DNA of 64,000 nucleotides from Veleropilina oligotropha (Eukaryota): NCBI GenBank assembly GCA_048128005.1, contig JBEUKZ010000015.1, positions 1 to 64,000 of the forward strand, read 5' to 3'. Shown piece by piece: positions 13,951 to 22,547 of this stretch (position 1 is its first letter; each line of letters starts with the position of its first letter). The notes under the pieces were generated by a model. It saw only the letters and a program-made list of their open reading frames with translations, ran no database searches and was not told where the DNA came from. The position numbers and the translations under genes were made by a program.

Positions 13951-14090
13951 GTATAGGTTGTTTTAGATATGGGAACTGGTTGGAGGTGTTGCTTCCATGT
14001 CAATCATATCGAGTGCGCAGCGCGCACGAGTGTTATTGACATGGAAGCAAAGCATCCAAACCGCCCTCATATATATAAAACAACGAATGG
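13951..14090. repeat. Long imperfect hairpin (~130 nt), probably the end of a non-autonomous DNA element
   Basis: TTGCTTCCATGTCAAT / ATTGACATGGAAGCAA arms, GTGCGC AGC GCGCAC-type apex, outer GTTGTTTTA / TAAAACAAC. Confidence 0.8.
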
Positions 14091-14749
14091 ATGTCAAGTA
14101 TTATAATTGCCTTGGCGAACACCTCCAGTCTTCGTGCGCGCGCGCGAAGGGAAACCACTTATAGGCCCGATTTGGTCATTAAACTGTTTACAATGACACA
14201 AAGAAGATTGTGCATATTGTTACAATGTTTTCACTTCCAACGATTCAGTCATTGAACTGTTACAATGTTATAGTTTTATGCATTCACAACCAAAACCGGC
14301 AATGCTTATAGCATGGGCTGTATCAATATCAACGAACGGAAAGATCAAAGGAAATTCACCAAGGTCTGGGCCAAATAAAAGTGTAGTCCCCAAATAACAT
14401 TAAAATTTTGATTGTGATTATGAAAAATATAAAACGAATCGCAAATATCGCAAAATTGAATATATATATATATATATAGACCTTTAGTTGAACATTATTC
14501 TCTATTTTCAGTAAACCTACGTTATTACGCATTTCTAGTACTGTAACGTACAAAGGCAATTTTAAGGGTAACGGTTGGTCACCGTTTATCGGGACCAATA
14601 ATGGGTTGCTCATAAACATAATTTTACGTTTTACAATATTTGTTAACACCTATACACAATATATTACGCGCGTTTGATCGTCGATAAATCGCTAACGTAA
14701 ATGCGTACAAAAAAAGAAAGTGGAGGTCTGGGCGACTGGTGTTTTGGGA

Positions 14750-15456
14750 AAACACCTATGTTATGACGTAATATTTGAAAAATCCCCCCGTCCGACAGTC
14801 CGAATTTCTCATTTTTTTGCTACACGTAGCGAAAAAAATATTCGGACGTCGGACGTCGTGCATATGGAAACTGTCCTTATAATTTATCATGAAAGTGGTA
14901 AATTCGCATGTCGGACGCATAAGCCTGGTTTCCATATGCACGACGTCCGACAAACGACGTCCGTCATCCGACATCCGAAAAACTATAAAACGTGTTTCCA
15001 TATGCGTCAAAACAATATAATTCTGTATTTTATTCATATACGTCCATCTCGGCATACAAATATGAATACTCTCATGCTATGAATATGAACGATATAATAA
15101 ACGAATAATCAGAAAATGGTGATTTGAAAATGAGCATAGATGTTGAGTCCATGATATATATATAATGGCGCAGGCCTAGGCTTTAAAATCATATTATAGA
15201 AGAATTAGATTTGGATAGTGACTCAGAGACCTTAGTAGAATATTTCAGTTAATATAATACAAAAATGGCCTGCCTCTTACAGGAAGAAAAAGCTGTATAG
15301 TACTCTCCTGTTAATTTTTTAAGCGGGGCGATATAGTTTGATGGGATATACCTATGTTATCACGTAATATAATCGGAATCCCCCTATCCGACAGCCCAAA
15401 TTTCTAATGTTTTCGCTACACGTATCAAAAAAATAATCGGATGTCGGATGTCGTGT
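14750..15456. repeat. Palindrome-rich MITE-like repeat (Harbinger-type TIR GCCTGGTTTCCATATGCACGACGTCCGA) that hosts the viral insertion; continues at 30846-30971
   Basis: 14752-14915 duplicates 15347-15456 + 30851-30925; inverted TIR at ~14922 and ~30963. Confidence 0.7.
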
Positions 15457-15620
15457 AGCAGCAGGGGGGGTCAGTAGACTTTTTAGAATGGGAAAATACG
15501 GCTCCCAGCACCCGTTCCGAGCCTAGGGTAGCTTAGAGTAGGGATGAATGCACCTTTTCCGACCCAACGTAGACTATATAGAGCCCCCAGGGACGGCCCA
15601 CTACTGCTCGCCGGCCCGGG
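15457..15620 (+). repeat. Left terminal inverted repeat (about 55 bp near-perfect, then imperfect subterminal modules)
   Basis: Inverted match to 30790-30845 and 30640-30720. Confidence 0.9.
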
Positions 15621-15703
15621 GGTGGTTGGCCCGGGGATGGTTGGCCCGGGGGTGGTTGGCCCGGGGGTGGTTGGCCGAGAGAGGCCCCGGGGGTGGTTGG
15701 CCC
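15613..15703 (+). repeat. 15-bp G-rich tandem repeat GGCCCGGGGGTGGTT (~5 copies)
   Basis: Direct reading; present only at the left end. Confidence 0.9.
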
Positions 15704-15734
15704 TAGGGAAGCCTGAAAAATATGTTTCAAGGCA

Positions 15735-15744
15735 GGGATTCCCC
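15735..15744 (+). promoter_or_regulatory. Candidate NF-kappaB site GGGATTCCCC
   Basis: Fits GGGRNNYYCC; inverted counterpart at 29818-29827 within a shared ~55-bp block. Confidence 0.4.
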
Positions 15745-15757
15745 GAGATTGCCGCTG

Positions 15758-16174
15758 TTATATGAATATGTAGTTACCGCTTGCTAGTGTACAGTTGCAG
15801 GGCGAGATGTGCCCGATCTGATTCCACGAACCCCTGCAGCCCGTAGATAACATGGAGAAATAATGCCCACGTTTACCGTGACATAAGGACGGCTCAGCGC
15901 ACTCAATACACACAACGATATTAGGATCTGGGCCACAATCGTTCTCTCCATCGGTAATGAAATAGTGACATGACGGTGCCCGCACTGGAGGTGGGTCTCG
16001 TAGCAAGTTTCTTCGCAAGTGATCGAATCGGGGGTTATACAGGGGGTCGTTGCGGTACCTAGCCCACGTGTGTTCGAGAATTAATGCAGTGTCACGCGAC
16101 GACGCCTGGGTGGTACCCCACGCGGCAAAGCACACCGCGGCAATACACAGTAGCATAGATTTCATGGATTTCAT
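15758..16174 (-). CDS. Secreted cysteine-rich protein (signal peptide, 8 Cys in C-terminal domain), 138 aa
   Basis: MKSMKSMLLCIAAVCFAAWGTTQA signal-like N-terminus; RR dibasic site; 8 Cys from SCHY to PCNC. Confidence 0.7.
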   Translation of the reverse strand: MKSMKSMLLCIAAVCFAAWGTTQASSRDTALILEHTWARYRNDPLYNPRFDHLRRNLLRDPPPVRAPSCHYFITDGENDCGPDPNIVVCIECAEPSLCHGKRGHYFSMLSTGCRGSWNQIGHISPCNCTLASGNYIFI

Positions 16175-16256
16175 GGTTGTCCAGATACCACTGTCGATTT
16201 CTAGCTTTAATACGGGGGAGGAGCGGGGTAGTCGTGGCTACGCTCAACCTGGATAG

Positions 16257-16889
16257 TTAGTCGCCAGCTCCGATTTTTTTCAGCAGCTCTGCGCGACCCT
16301 CTTTACGACCACGCTCAATAAGCTCGCTTTGGGTCTGTGAAATCGCGGTGTGCGCCTTCCTACTCTTATCCCGGATTGATGCCTTCATGGCTTGGTATTT
16401 CTCCATCTCCCCTGTGACCAGTTGGAATTCATCATCAGACATCACCCCATCTGATAAGGCCTTTGAGACGTGGTCGGTTATGGTATTCAGCTTGCTGTCG
16501 GCCAGGACTCGAATCTCGTCGTGTTTCTTAGCCTTCACCCCGAGGCGCCGGCTGATATATTTCCCACCCATACTGGCGAGCCCACACCCTAATGCCGCTA
16601 ATTCCAGCACTAGGACGACTGGGGCGGCTACGATCGTGGAAAGTAGACCAATTCCAGCGCTACCCATACCAAGTGTGGCGACGACTAGCCCGTTATCTAT
16701 CCCGTCAACGACGTTAACACCTCGTCGGTACTTTTTATATAATGCAGCCCGTGTGTCCCTCTCTCGTTCTAATTGTCCCTGAAGCTCATTCACTTTCTGT
16801 AGTCGGAAGGACTGTGCCTCATGCAGTTCCGAAATCCCATCGCCACCAAGCTGTGGGTACAGCATTGGCGCTGAGGGTGTGTTGTCCAT
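16257..16889 (-). CDS. Coiled-coil membrane protein with N-terminal PSAP and LYPxL motifs, 210 aa
   Basis: MDNTPSAPMLYPQL; central Gly/Ala-rich hydrophobic hairpin; KHDEIRVLADSKLNTI...ALSDG.MSDDEF resembles a protein family I recognise from animal Mavericks. Confidence 0.8.
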   Translation of the reverse strand: MDNTPSAPMLYPQLGGDGISELHEAQSFRLQKVNELQGQLERERDTRAALYKKYRRGVNVVDGIDNGLVVATLGMGSAGIGLLSTIVAAPVVLVLELAALGCGLASMGGKYISRRLGVKAKKHDEIRVLADSKLNTITDHVSKALSDGVMSDDEFQLVTGEMEKYQAMKASIRDKSRKAHTAISQTQSELIERGRKEGRAELLKKIGAGD

Positions 16890-17252
16890 CTATACGTGGC
16901 TGTATTGTTCCGGCGGTTGATTCCCCTTGTCTGCCGTAACGTTCAAATACAGAGTGCCGACCCACGGGGCCTTGATGGCAAAGGCGAGGGTCAACCAGTC
17001 CGAATTCAGGCCAAGCTTACTGATGGAACATGCTTTGGGGCCCCCGGCCGGCTGGACCGGCGTCAGGTGGATCATTAGAAGGGCTGGGTTCAACCCGAAC
17101 CGACCCCTAGTGTTTGGAAACATGAACTCCCTCCTCGCCAGCCCCTTATTGGGCGCTACCCCACAATTAAGGACAAAGTGCCACCGGGTCGGGGGGGAAG
17201 AGGGCTCATCTGCAAGCAGGGGTAGGGGGAGGGTCCCGTAGATGCTGCTCAT
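16890..17252 (-). CDS. Hypothetical viral protein, 120 aa
   Basis: ATG overlaps the upstream stop (ATGA) and its stop abuts the next ATG, as expected for a real gene in a compact cluster. Confidence 0.6.
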   Translation of the reverse strand: MSSIYGTLPLPLLADEPSSPPTRWHFVLNCGVAPNKGLARREFMFPNTRGRFGLNPALLMIHLTPVQPAGGPKACSISKLGLNSDWLTLAFAIKAPWVGTLYLNVTADKGNQPPEQYSHV

Positions 17253-17989
17253 TGTATCGCAAGGACTGCGGTAATGGGCATGCCGTGATTGTCGATCGGG
17301 TTACTGTCTGCGTCTGTGACGTACACCTTCAACTCTGTGATTAGCCCGGCCTGTAGTCGCCGGCCGGCGGGATAGCTATGATAGTGGCCAGCTTCACCGA
17401 ACATCTGCGACGTGATAGGGACCACCGCGAGAATAGTGCTCGGGGCGCCGTCCTTCACATTGTGCGTTGTACTGAGCTGCTCCAGGTGAACGTGTAGGGT
17501 TGGCGCTATGGCAAACCCGACAGGCTTATTCCCGTCATAAGTCCCAGGGCGTAGCCACTCGGATCTCTCCGGAGGGGGAGGTGGTTGGACCTGTACTCCC
17601 CGAACCGGTTGGTTCAGATTCCCTGCTTTATCGAGAATAAACGAAGAGAGGTCTAAGCCGAGGAGTTTTCGTATATCGTCGCTTATCGCGAGTCGAGTCC
17701 CCTCTGGGACCACGATTCGGGCGAGCCCTGTAGCATGGCTTACATCTAGTTGTAGGTTAACTAGCGACCTCTTCATCGTCTTGGCGAGGTCATCGAAGCT
17801 GTAGAAACCTGGTGCCACGTCGACCGTGGTATCGGGGGTCTTAAAGAAGGCTCCGGCATGCACATTGTGCCAGCCTACCCAATAGTCGAGCGACTGCAAG
17901 CTGACACATAGCTTGCCGTCCCGGTTATCAATCGGCTCCAGGAGGGCAACCGCGGTCCCCTCTTGAACGTTTGTTAATGTGTGGAACAT
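17249..17989 (-). CDS. Putative minor capsid (penton, single jelly roll) protein, 246 aa from ATG 17989
   Basis: Beta-rich; GFYSFDDL and C-terminal LHVHL...STILAVVP...FGE...ITELKVYVTDADSNPIDNHGMPITAVL fit Polinton penton patterns. Confidence 0.7.
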   Translation of the reverse strand: MFHTLTNVQEGTAVALLEPIDNRDGKLCVSLQSLDYWVGWHNVHAGAFFKTPDTTVDVAPGFYSFDDLAKTMKRSLVNLQLDVSHATGLARIVVPEGTRLAISDDIRKLLGLDLSSFILDKAGNLNQPVRGVQVQPPPPPERSEWLRPGTYDGNKPVGFAIAPTLHVHLEQLSTTHNVKDGAPSTILAVVPITSQMFGEAGHYHSYPAGRRLQAGLITELKVYVTDADSNPIDNHGMPITAVLAIQ

Positions 17990-17996
17990 AGTAGCT

Positions 17997-19289
17997 ATGG
18001 CTAAGAGCGCATTTGTGTTCAATAGGAGTGCGGCCTATCCGACCGGTGTGGTGTACCCAGCAAAGATCAAAGATGAGCAGCTTACGAGACCAAGCATCAA
18101 TGTGGGTAATAGCTCAACCACTGCATTCGGGGCAGACTACCCCGACGTATTTCAAAAGTATCGCCTCCCTCACGTCGCTAGTGACGGGCTGATAAGGGCT
18201 TGGCACAGCACACCGATGCGGTTCTGGCAGAACAAGGTCAACTTCGCAGTATGGTGTGCCACAACAGGTTCCGGGATCTCCTCAGAAGACCACTTGAATG
18301 CTACTGCAGCCCTCTCCACTGCTGTATTCACCTTCCACGTCTACTATCAGGTCAGAAGGATCTTGACCGAGATTCAGGCGCCGCTGCCACAAGACCGGAC
18401 GTGGGATGCATTCGACACCCCGTATGACCGAAGGGCATATGAAAAGATCTGCAGCGAATTCGGAGTGTCCCCACATACCGACTGGCGTGTCAAGGGTCCC
18501 AACGGCGGACTAGGCACCGCTTACAGCTACTGGACGAACAACGGCTACCACCCCATCGGACGTGAGTATGATCCAAGCCGAATGTCCTTCACCAAAGGTA
18601 CGACCAACACGAATCTGCACGTGGACTACATCGCGCAAGCGCCTGCGCTTAAAAACGGTTGGGCTACTTTTATTCTGGACAGGTCGGTGGGATTCACGAG
18701 GGCCGGCGTGGAAAGGCTCAATGATTCCATCAGGACCTACGTCTGGGCTATTCTTGGAGCGCAGGCTCAAACGCGTGCAAGTATTCTGGGTAGTGGGACG
18801 GCATTTGACGCACAGAAACAGTTCCTGGCGAACGTGGAAGACGCCATCGCATCCCCCGTTGACCTCCCTGCTGCGATCCAACGGTACCAGGACGTTTTGC
18901 AGTATGCCAGGTCTAAAGTAGACTTCGTATTCGGCGTCGGCCTTTACATGGCGCCAAGTGACATGCTCCTTCGGATCGGGCAGGTGGCTGGTTATAACAA
19001 TGAGATCGTCGTTGCCACGGAAGCCCAGACCCTAGGTCTTAATACTACGGTGAACGCGGCCAATCCTGTGCCGCTCAACGCCACTGGGGAGACTGGAGAA
19101 ACAGGATTGGTCATCCCACAAGACGCCGTCTTACCCGCAGATGCGGTCACTCCGAAGCATCGTGGCTCTCTGCCGGCTGTGGCCCCAGTGGCAGCTGTTT
19201 CAGCTGGGGCAACCAAACATGACGAGGATAAAACCGCACTTATCGTGGGCGGCATTGTCGTTGGCCTAGCGTTCATTTGGCTTACGTGA
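17997..19289 (+). CDS. Hypothetical viral protein with C-terminal transmembrane anchor, 430 aa from ATG 17997
   Basis: Long intact ORF; Ala/Pro/Thr-rich stalk then KTALIVGGIVVGLAFIWLT; no family recognised. Confidence 0.75.
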   Translation: MAKSAFVFNRSAAYPTGVVYPAKIKDEQLTRPSINVGNSSTTAFGADYPDVFQKYRLPHVASDGLIRAWHSTPMRFWQNKVNFAVWCATTGSGISSEDHLNATAALSTAVFTFHVYYQVRRILTEIQAPLPQDRTWDAFDTPYDRRAYEKICSEFGVSPHTDWRVKGPNGGLGTAYSYWTNNGYHPIGREYDPSRMSFTKGTTNTNLHVDYIAQAPALKNGWATFILDRSVGFTRAGVERLNDSIRTYVWAILGAQAQTRASILGSGTAFDAQKQFLANVEDAIASPVDLPAAIQRYQDVLQYARSKVDFVFGVGLYMAPSDMLLRIGQVAGYNNEIVVATEAQTLGLNTTVNAANPVPLNATGETGETGLVIPQDAVLPADAVTPKHRGSLPAVAPVAAVSAGATKHDEDKTALIVGGIVVGLAFIWLT

Positions 19290-20595
19290 CCCACTGTCTA
19301 GCGGCAATAAGAAGCAAGCCCCCAACTGATATGACCAGTGCCCATAGGTTTTCAGCGAGCCACGATGCTGTCTTGCCAATCAGGTTGATTAGCCAGGAGA
19401 CCAGGCTTCCAAGTATTCCTGGGAGCGCGGCTGCGGCCTTCCCTGCTAGTTTGCCTAGAATCCTTCCCAAGTTCTGCAGCTGCTTTTTGACCCACTCCTT
19501 GACCCCGCCCTGACCACTGGGAGGTGTTGGTGGCGTTGGCGGGCTTGTTGCTCCACCTGTCAGGGCTAGTACCAAAGTCGAGATGGCGAGCCCGATAGCG
19601 GTCAGTATTGTTGCGATCGTAACCCCTTGCTCGCGGAACAGGGTCCGGATACGCTCGGCCAGCGTTGTGTCGGTGTTCAGGATCCGACTTATCATCTCTC
19701 GGATCCGGCTGATTTGAGAGCGAAGGGCCTCCCGGCTTGATGATGCTGCCTCTAGGCGGGCTGCTCTTTCATCATTCAGGTCGCGCAGACGTTCCGCGAT
19801 CCGTCGACGGATGAACTCATCCACACCGCCCTCTTCATCTGCCTGATCGAGCTTCATCTTCTCCAGCTCTATGTGTTCGTCCAGCGCCGTTAGTTTGGCT
19901 AGATTGTTGGTTAGTTCGCCTCGGATGGTCTGCATCGCCTTGTCAAGTCCGCGAAGCTCGCGAAGATTTAATGGAGGGTCCCCCATTGTGCCTAAGATCT
20001 CTTCAACCTCGGTATCAGTGAATTTCGTCTCCATCGTGTGGATTGCTACCGAGGCATCAGTAGCAGTCTGCCCCAAGTCCCGCAGTTCTACGTTTTCGAC
20101 GTTCGCCGCAGCACCGCTCAACTCGTTGTCGGCTGTCTGAAGAGCTGCAACCGCTTTTGAGGACGGCTTTTGTCCCCCCCGCGTCCAGTGTACAAACCCC
20201 AACCCTTCACGGATTGCATCACCCCCACCAGGCCGGCCAGCTATTGTTGACAACGCCAAGGGGTTGCCGGTGCGAGAATTTATGAGATTGATGTCGGGGT
20301 AGTCCGTCATCACCAATTTCCCCCCCCTCCCTAATTTTCCCCTCACATACTTGAATTTTGAATAATCTCGCCCTGCCGCGGGGGTCTGCCCCTCCTGTGC
20401 CAGGGCTTTGTAGTAGTCGTCAACTACGCCCTGAACGAGCTCTTGCTGAAGACTGCTGGTTCCTTCCTGTGGCCGTTCCGAAAGAACAGGCATAAACCGG
20501 TCGGTGGATAGATCCACATCAGTATCGTCGATGATGGTATCATCGTTGTCGATGAGATCGTCCGGCTCGAATGCGGGGTTCTCGAATTCCGCCAT
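19282..20595 (-). CDS. Coiled-coil protein with C-terminal hydrophobic/amphipathic helices (putative membrane/entry protein), 437 aa
   Basis: Acidic N-terminus FENPAFEPD; long heptad region; GVTIATILTAIGLAISTLVLALTGG; PT linker; terminal LWALVISVGGLLLIAA. Confidence 0.8.
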   Translation of the reverse strand: MAEFENPAFEPDDLIDNDDTIIDDTDVDLSTDRFMPVLSERPQEGTSSLQQELVQGVVDDYYKALAQEGQTPAAGRDYSKFKYVRGKLGRGGKLVMTDYPDINLINSRTGNPLALSTIAGRPGGGDAIREGLGFVHWTRGGQKPSSKAVAALQTADNELSGAAANVENVELRDLGQTATDASVAIHTMETKFTDTEVEEILGTMGDPPLNLRELRGLDKAMQTIRGELTNNLAKLTALDEHIELEKMKLDQADEEGGVDEFIRRRIAERLRDLNDERAARLEAASSSREALRSQISRIREMISRILNTDTTLAERIRTLFREQGVTIATILTAIGLAISTLVLALTGGATSPPTPPTPPSGQGGVKEWVKKQLQNLGRILGKLAGKAAAALPGILGSLVSWLINLIGKTASWLAENLWALVISVGGLLLIAARQWVT

Positions 20596-20631
20596 TTGAA
20601 TACATCAGCGGGATACGCATCTAATTCAGCC

Positions 20632-21933
20632 ATGACTAGCGTGTACGGACGCAAGCTTAATCCATACCGCAGACTGCGTGAGCCCCTCGCGGTCAAGGGC
20701 ATCCGCCAGTCGGTGACCATAACAAACAATCCATCAACGATTTCCGCCAACCAGCAGCTCCTGGTTCGATTCCCTAATCTCGGGGCGAATGACGTGATCG
20801 TTCCAGGGACTGCCCACCTCGCATTTACCATCTCTCTGACCTCGGTAAATGCGAATAGGACTGTAGTGCAAAATATCGGCCGTGCCGTGATCAGAAAGAC
20901 CACGATAAAGATAAGTGGAAACGAGATCATGTCGATTGACGACTCCGACGTGTACCACTGCTACTGCGATCTCTGGAAGACCACCGGGGAGCGCAAGAAC
21001 GCCCAGTACCAGGGGATTGATACCAGCGATGGACACAACACTACGAAGCATCGTGTTGGTGCGGCAGACGCCTTTAGACTGTCTGAGGATGTCGCGGTCG
21101 CGGCCGCGTACGGTAACCGATTCCGCATCCCGCTGGATTTCGAGCTGTTGGAAAGTCACATGCCATTCTATCAAAGCGCCCTTGGAGACCGTCTCGAGTA
21201 TGAGCTAACGTTCAACGACTACTCCCGGACTATCCGGGAGATGGACGACTCCGGTTCCAGCTATTCCATCGACAATATATCCCTCGAATATGACATGGTA
21301 ACCCAATCCGAGCTTGCCAGACGGATTCGAAATCAATACCAGGGTCAACTCGTAATCCTGTACGACCGTGTTCTCCGGCATCGGAAGCTCACCCTAGACA
21401 AGAGCGACTCGTTGTGGAATATGAATGTGAACGTACCGGCGAGGTCGATGAAAGGAATACTACTGTTGTTCGAGGACCCTGCGAGAGACGCCGCGCCATT
21501 CTCTCGCGATACTGAGGCCTTCTATAATCCGAAGATCACAAAGGTCGAGGTCACAATCGAGGGTGTCCCGAATCAAATCTACAGCCAGGGAATGCGAACA
21601 TACCAGATCTGGGAAGAAGCCAAGAAAATGTTCGCCTCCGGCTGCAGTAAGCGGCATCCTGAGGTCGCGATGGTCGCAAAGGACTTGGAGATGGCAGACG
21701 TCACCCTGGGCGAATTTCTGACTAAGAAATTTGCGCTCTGGATCGATATGCGGGTAACTGACGACGATCAGTTGCACGGGTCAGGCCGGAGGGTTGAGAA
21801 CGCCAGCGAAGGCATTACTATTCAGATCACTAAAACAGCCGAAGCGGCCGGTCCACTGAACGTCTACGAGTTCGTGATCATGGACGCACAGCTGAATATC
21901 GAGAATGGCCGATTCGTCGAAGCACTGTACTAA
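20632..21933 (+). CDS. Putative double-jelly-roll major capsid protein, 433 aa from ATG 20632
   Basis: Size and beta-strand pattern; NIGRAVIRKTTIKISGNEIMSID resembles the DJR-MCP N-terminal jelly-roll motif; directly upstream of the packaging ATPase. Confidence 0.75.
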   Translation: MTSVYGRKLNPYRRLREPLAVKGIRQSVTITNNPSTISANQQLLVRFPNLGANDVIVPGTAHLAFTISLTSVNANRTVVQNIGRAVIRKTTIKISGNEIMSIDDSDVYHCYCDLWKTTGERKNAQYQGIDTSDGHNTTKHRVGAADAFRLSEDVAVAAAYGNRFRIPLDFELLESHMPFYQSALGDRLEYELTFNDYSRTIREMDDSGSSYSIDNISLEYDMVTQSELARRIRNQYQGQLVILYDRVLRHRKLTLDKSDSLWNMNVNVPARSMKGILLLFEDPARDAAPFSRDTEAFYNPKITKVEVTIEGVPNQIYSQGMRTYQIWEEAKKMFASGCSKRHPEVAMVAKDLEMADVTLGEFLTKKFALWIDMRVTDDDQLHGSGRRVENASEGITIQITKTAEAAGPLNVYEFVIMDAQLNIENGRFVEALY

Positions 21934-22501
21934 ACGATTTCCGCACACCAAGGACCCCCACTCCGCAATCATCTGCGGCCAGACCGGTTGTGGGAAGACG
22001 GTTTTCATGCTTGAACTGCTGGAAGGGGAGTATCGAGGCGTCTTCCGGCATATCGTGATCCTCTGCCCCACGATCAAGTTCAACAAGGCATACCAGTCTT
22101 GTCCGTGGATCTGGACCGACCCTGAGGTGTATTTAGTCCCCCCGGGTGAGCGACTCCATGACTGGCTGCGGGGGTTCTACCGACTGTTTCAGGGGGAGTC
22201 GACTCTGTACATAATCGACGACTGCGCCGCCAGCAAAGCTATGGCAAAAAAACGGGACATGCTGACTTTGTTGGCCTTCAGCGGCAGGCATGCTTCCCAG
22301 AGCGTATGGGTAGTGACGCAAAAGTACAACTCGGTCTTGAAGGAGCTCAGAGAGCAGACCCGCTGGGTCGCGCTGTTCCATTGCAAGGACCGCGACAGTT
22401 TCGAGGACTGTCTGCGCGAGAACGATGTAATCCCGTCGCAGGATGAACGGACCGAGGTTCGCCGGCTGTTGGCCGAGACACGACACGCTAGCTTCTGTTG
22501 A
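21905..22501 (+). CDS. A32/FtsK-HerA family genome packaging ATPase
   Basis: Walker A GQTGCGKT, Walker B LYIIDD, SGRH...VVTQ arginine-finger/sensor motif; C-terminus possibly frameshifted. Confidence 0.9.
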   Translation: MADSSKHCTKRFPHTKDPHSAIICGQTGCGKTVFMLELLEGEYRGVFRHIVILCPTIKFNKAYQSCPWIWTDPEVYLVPPGERLHDWLRGFYRLFQGESTLYIIDDCAASKAMAKKRDMLTLLAFSGRHASQSVWVVTQKYNSVLKELREQTRWVALFHCKDRDSFEDCLRENDVIPSQDERTEVRRLLAETRHASFC

Positions 22502-22547
22502 AAACTGATCAGCCCGTTGCTTATAGTGTGCTATAGCTACCCAGCAG

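Noticed and set aside
15533..15765. Pro-rich (GQPPP) and Gly-rich (GPGVV) ORFs
   Set aside because: Translations of the 15-bp subterminal repeat
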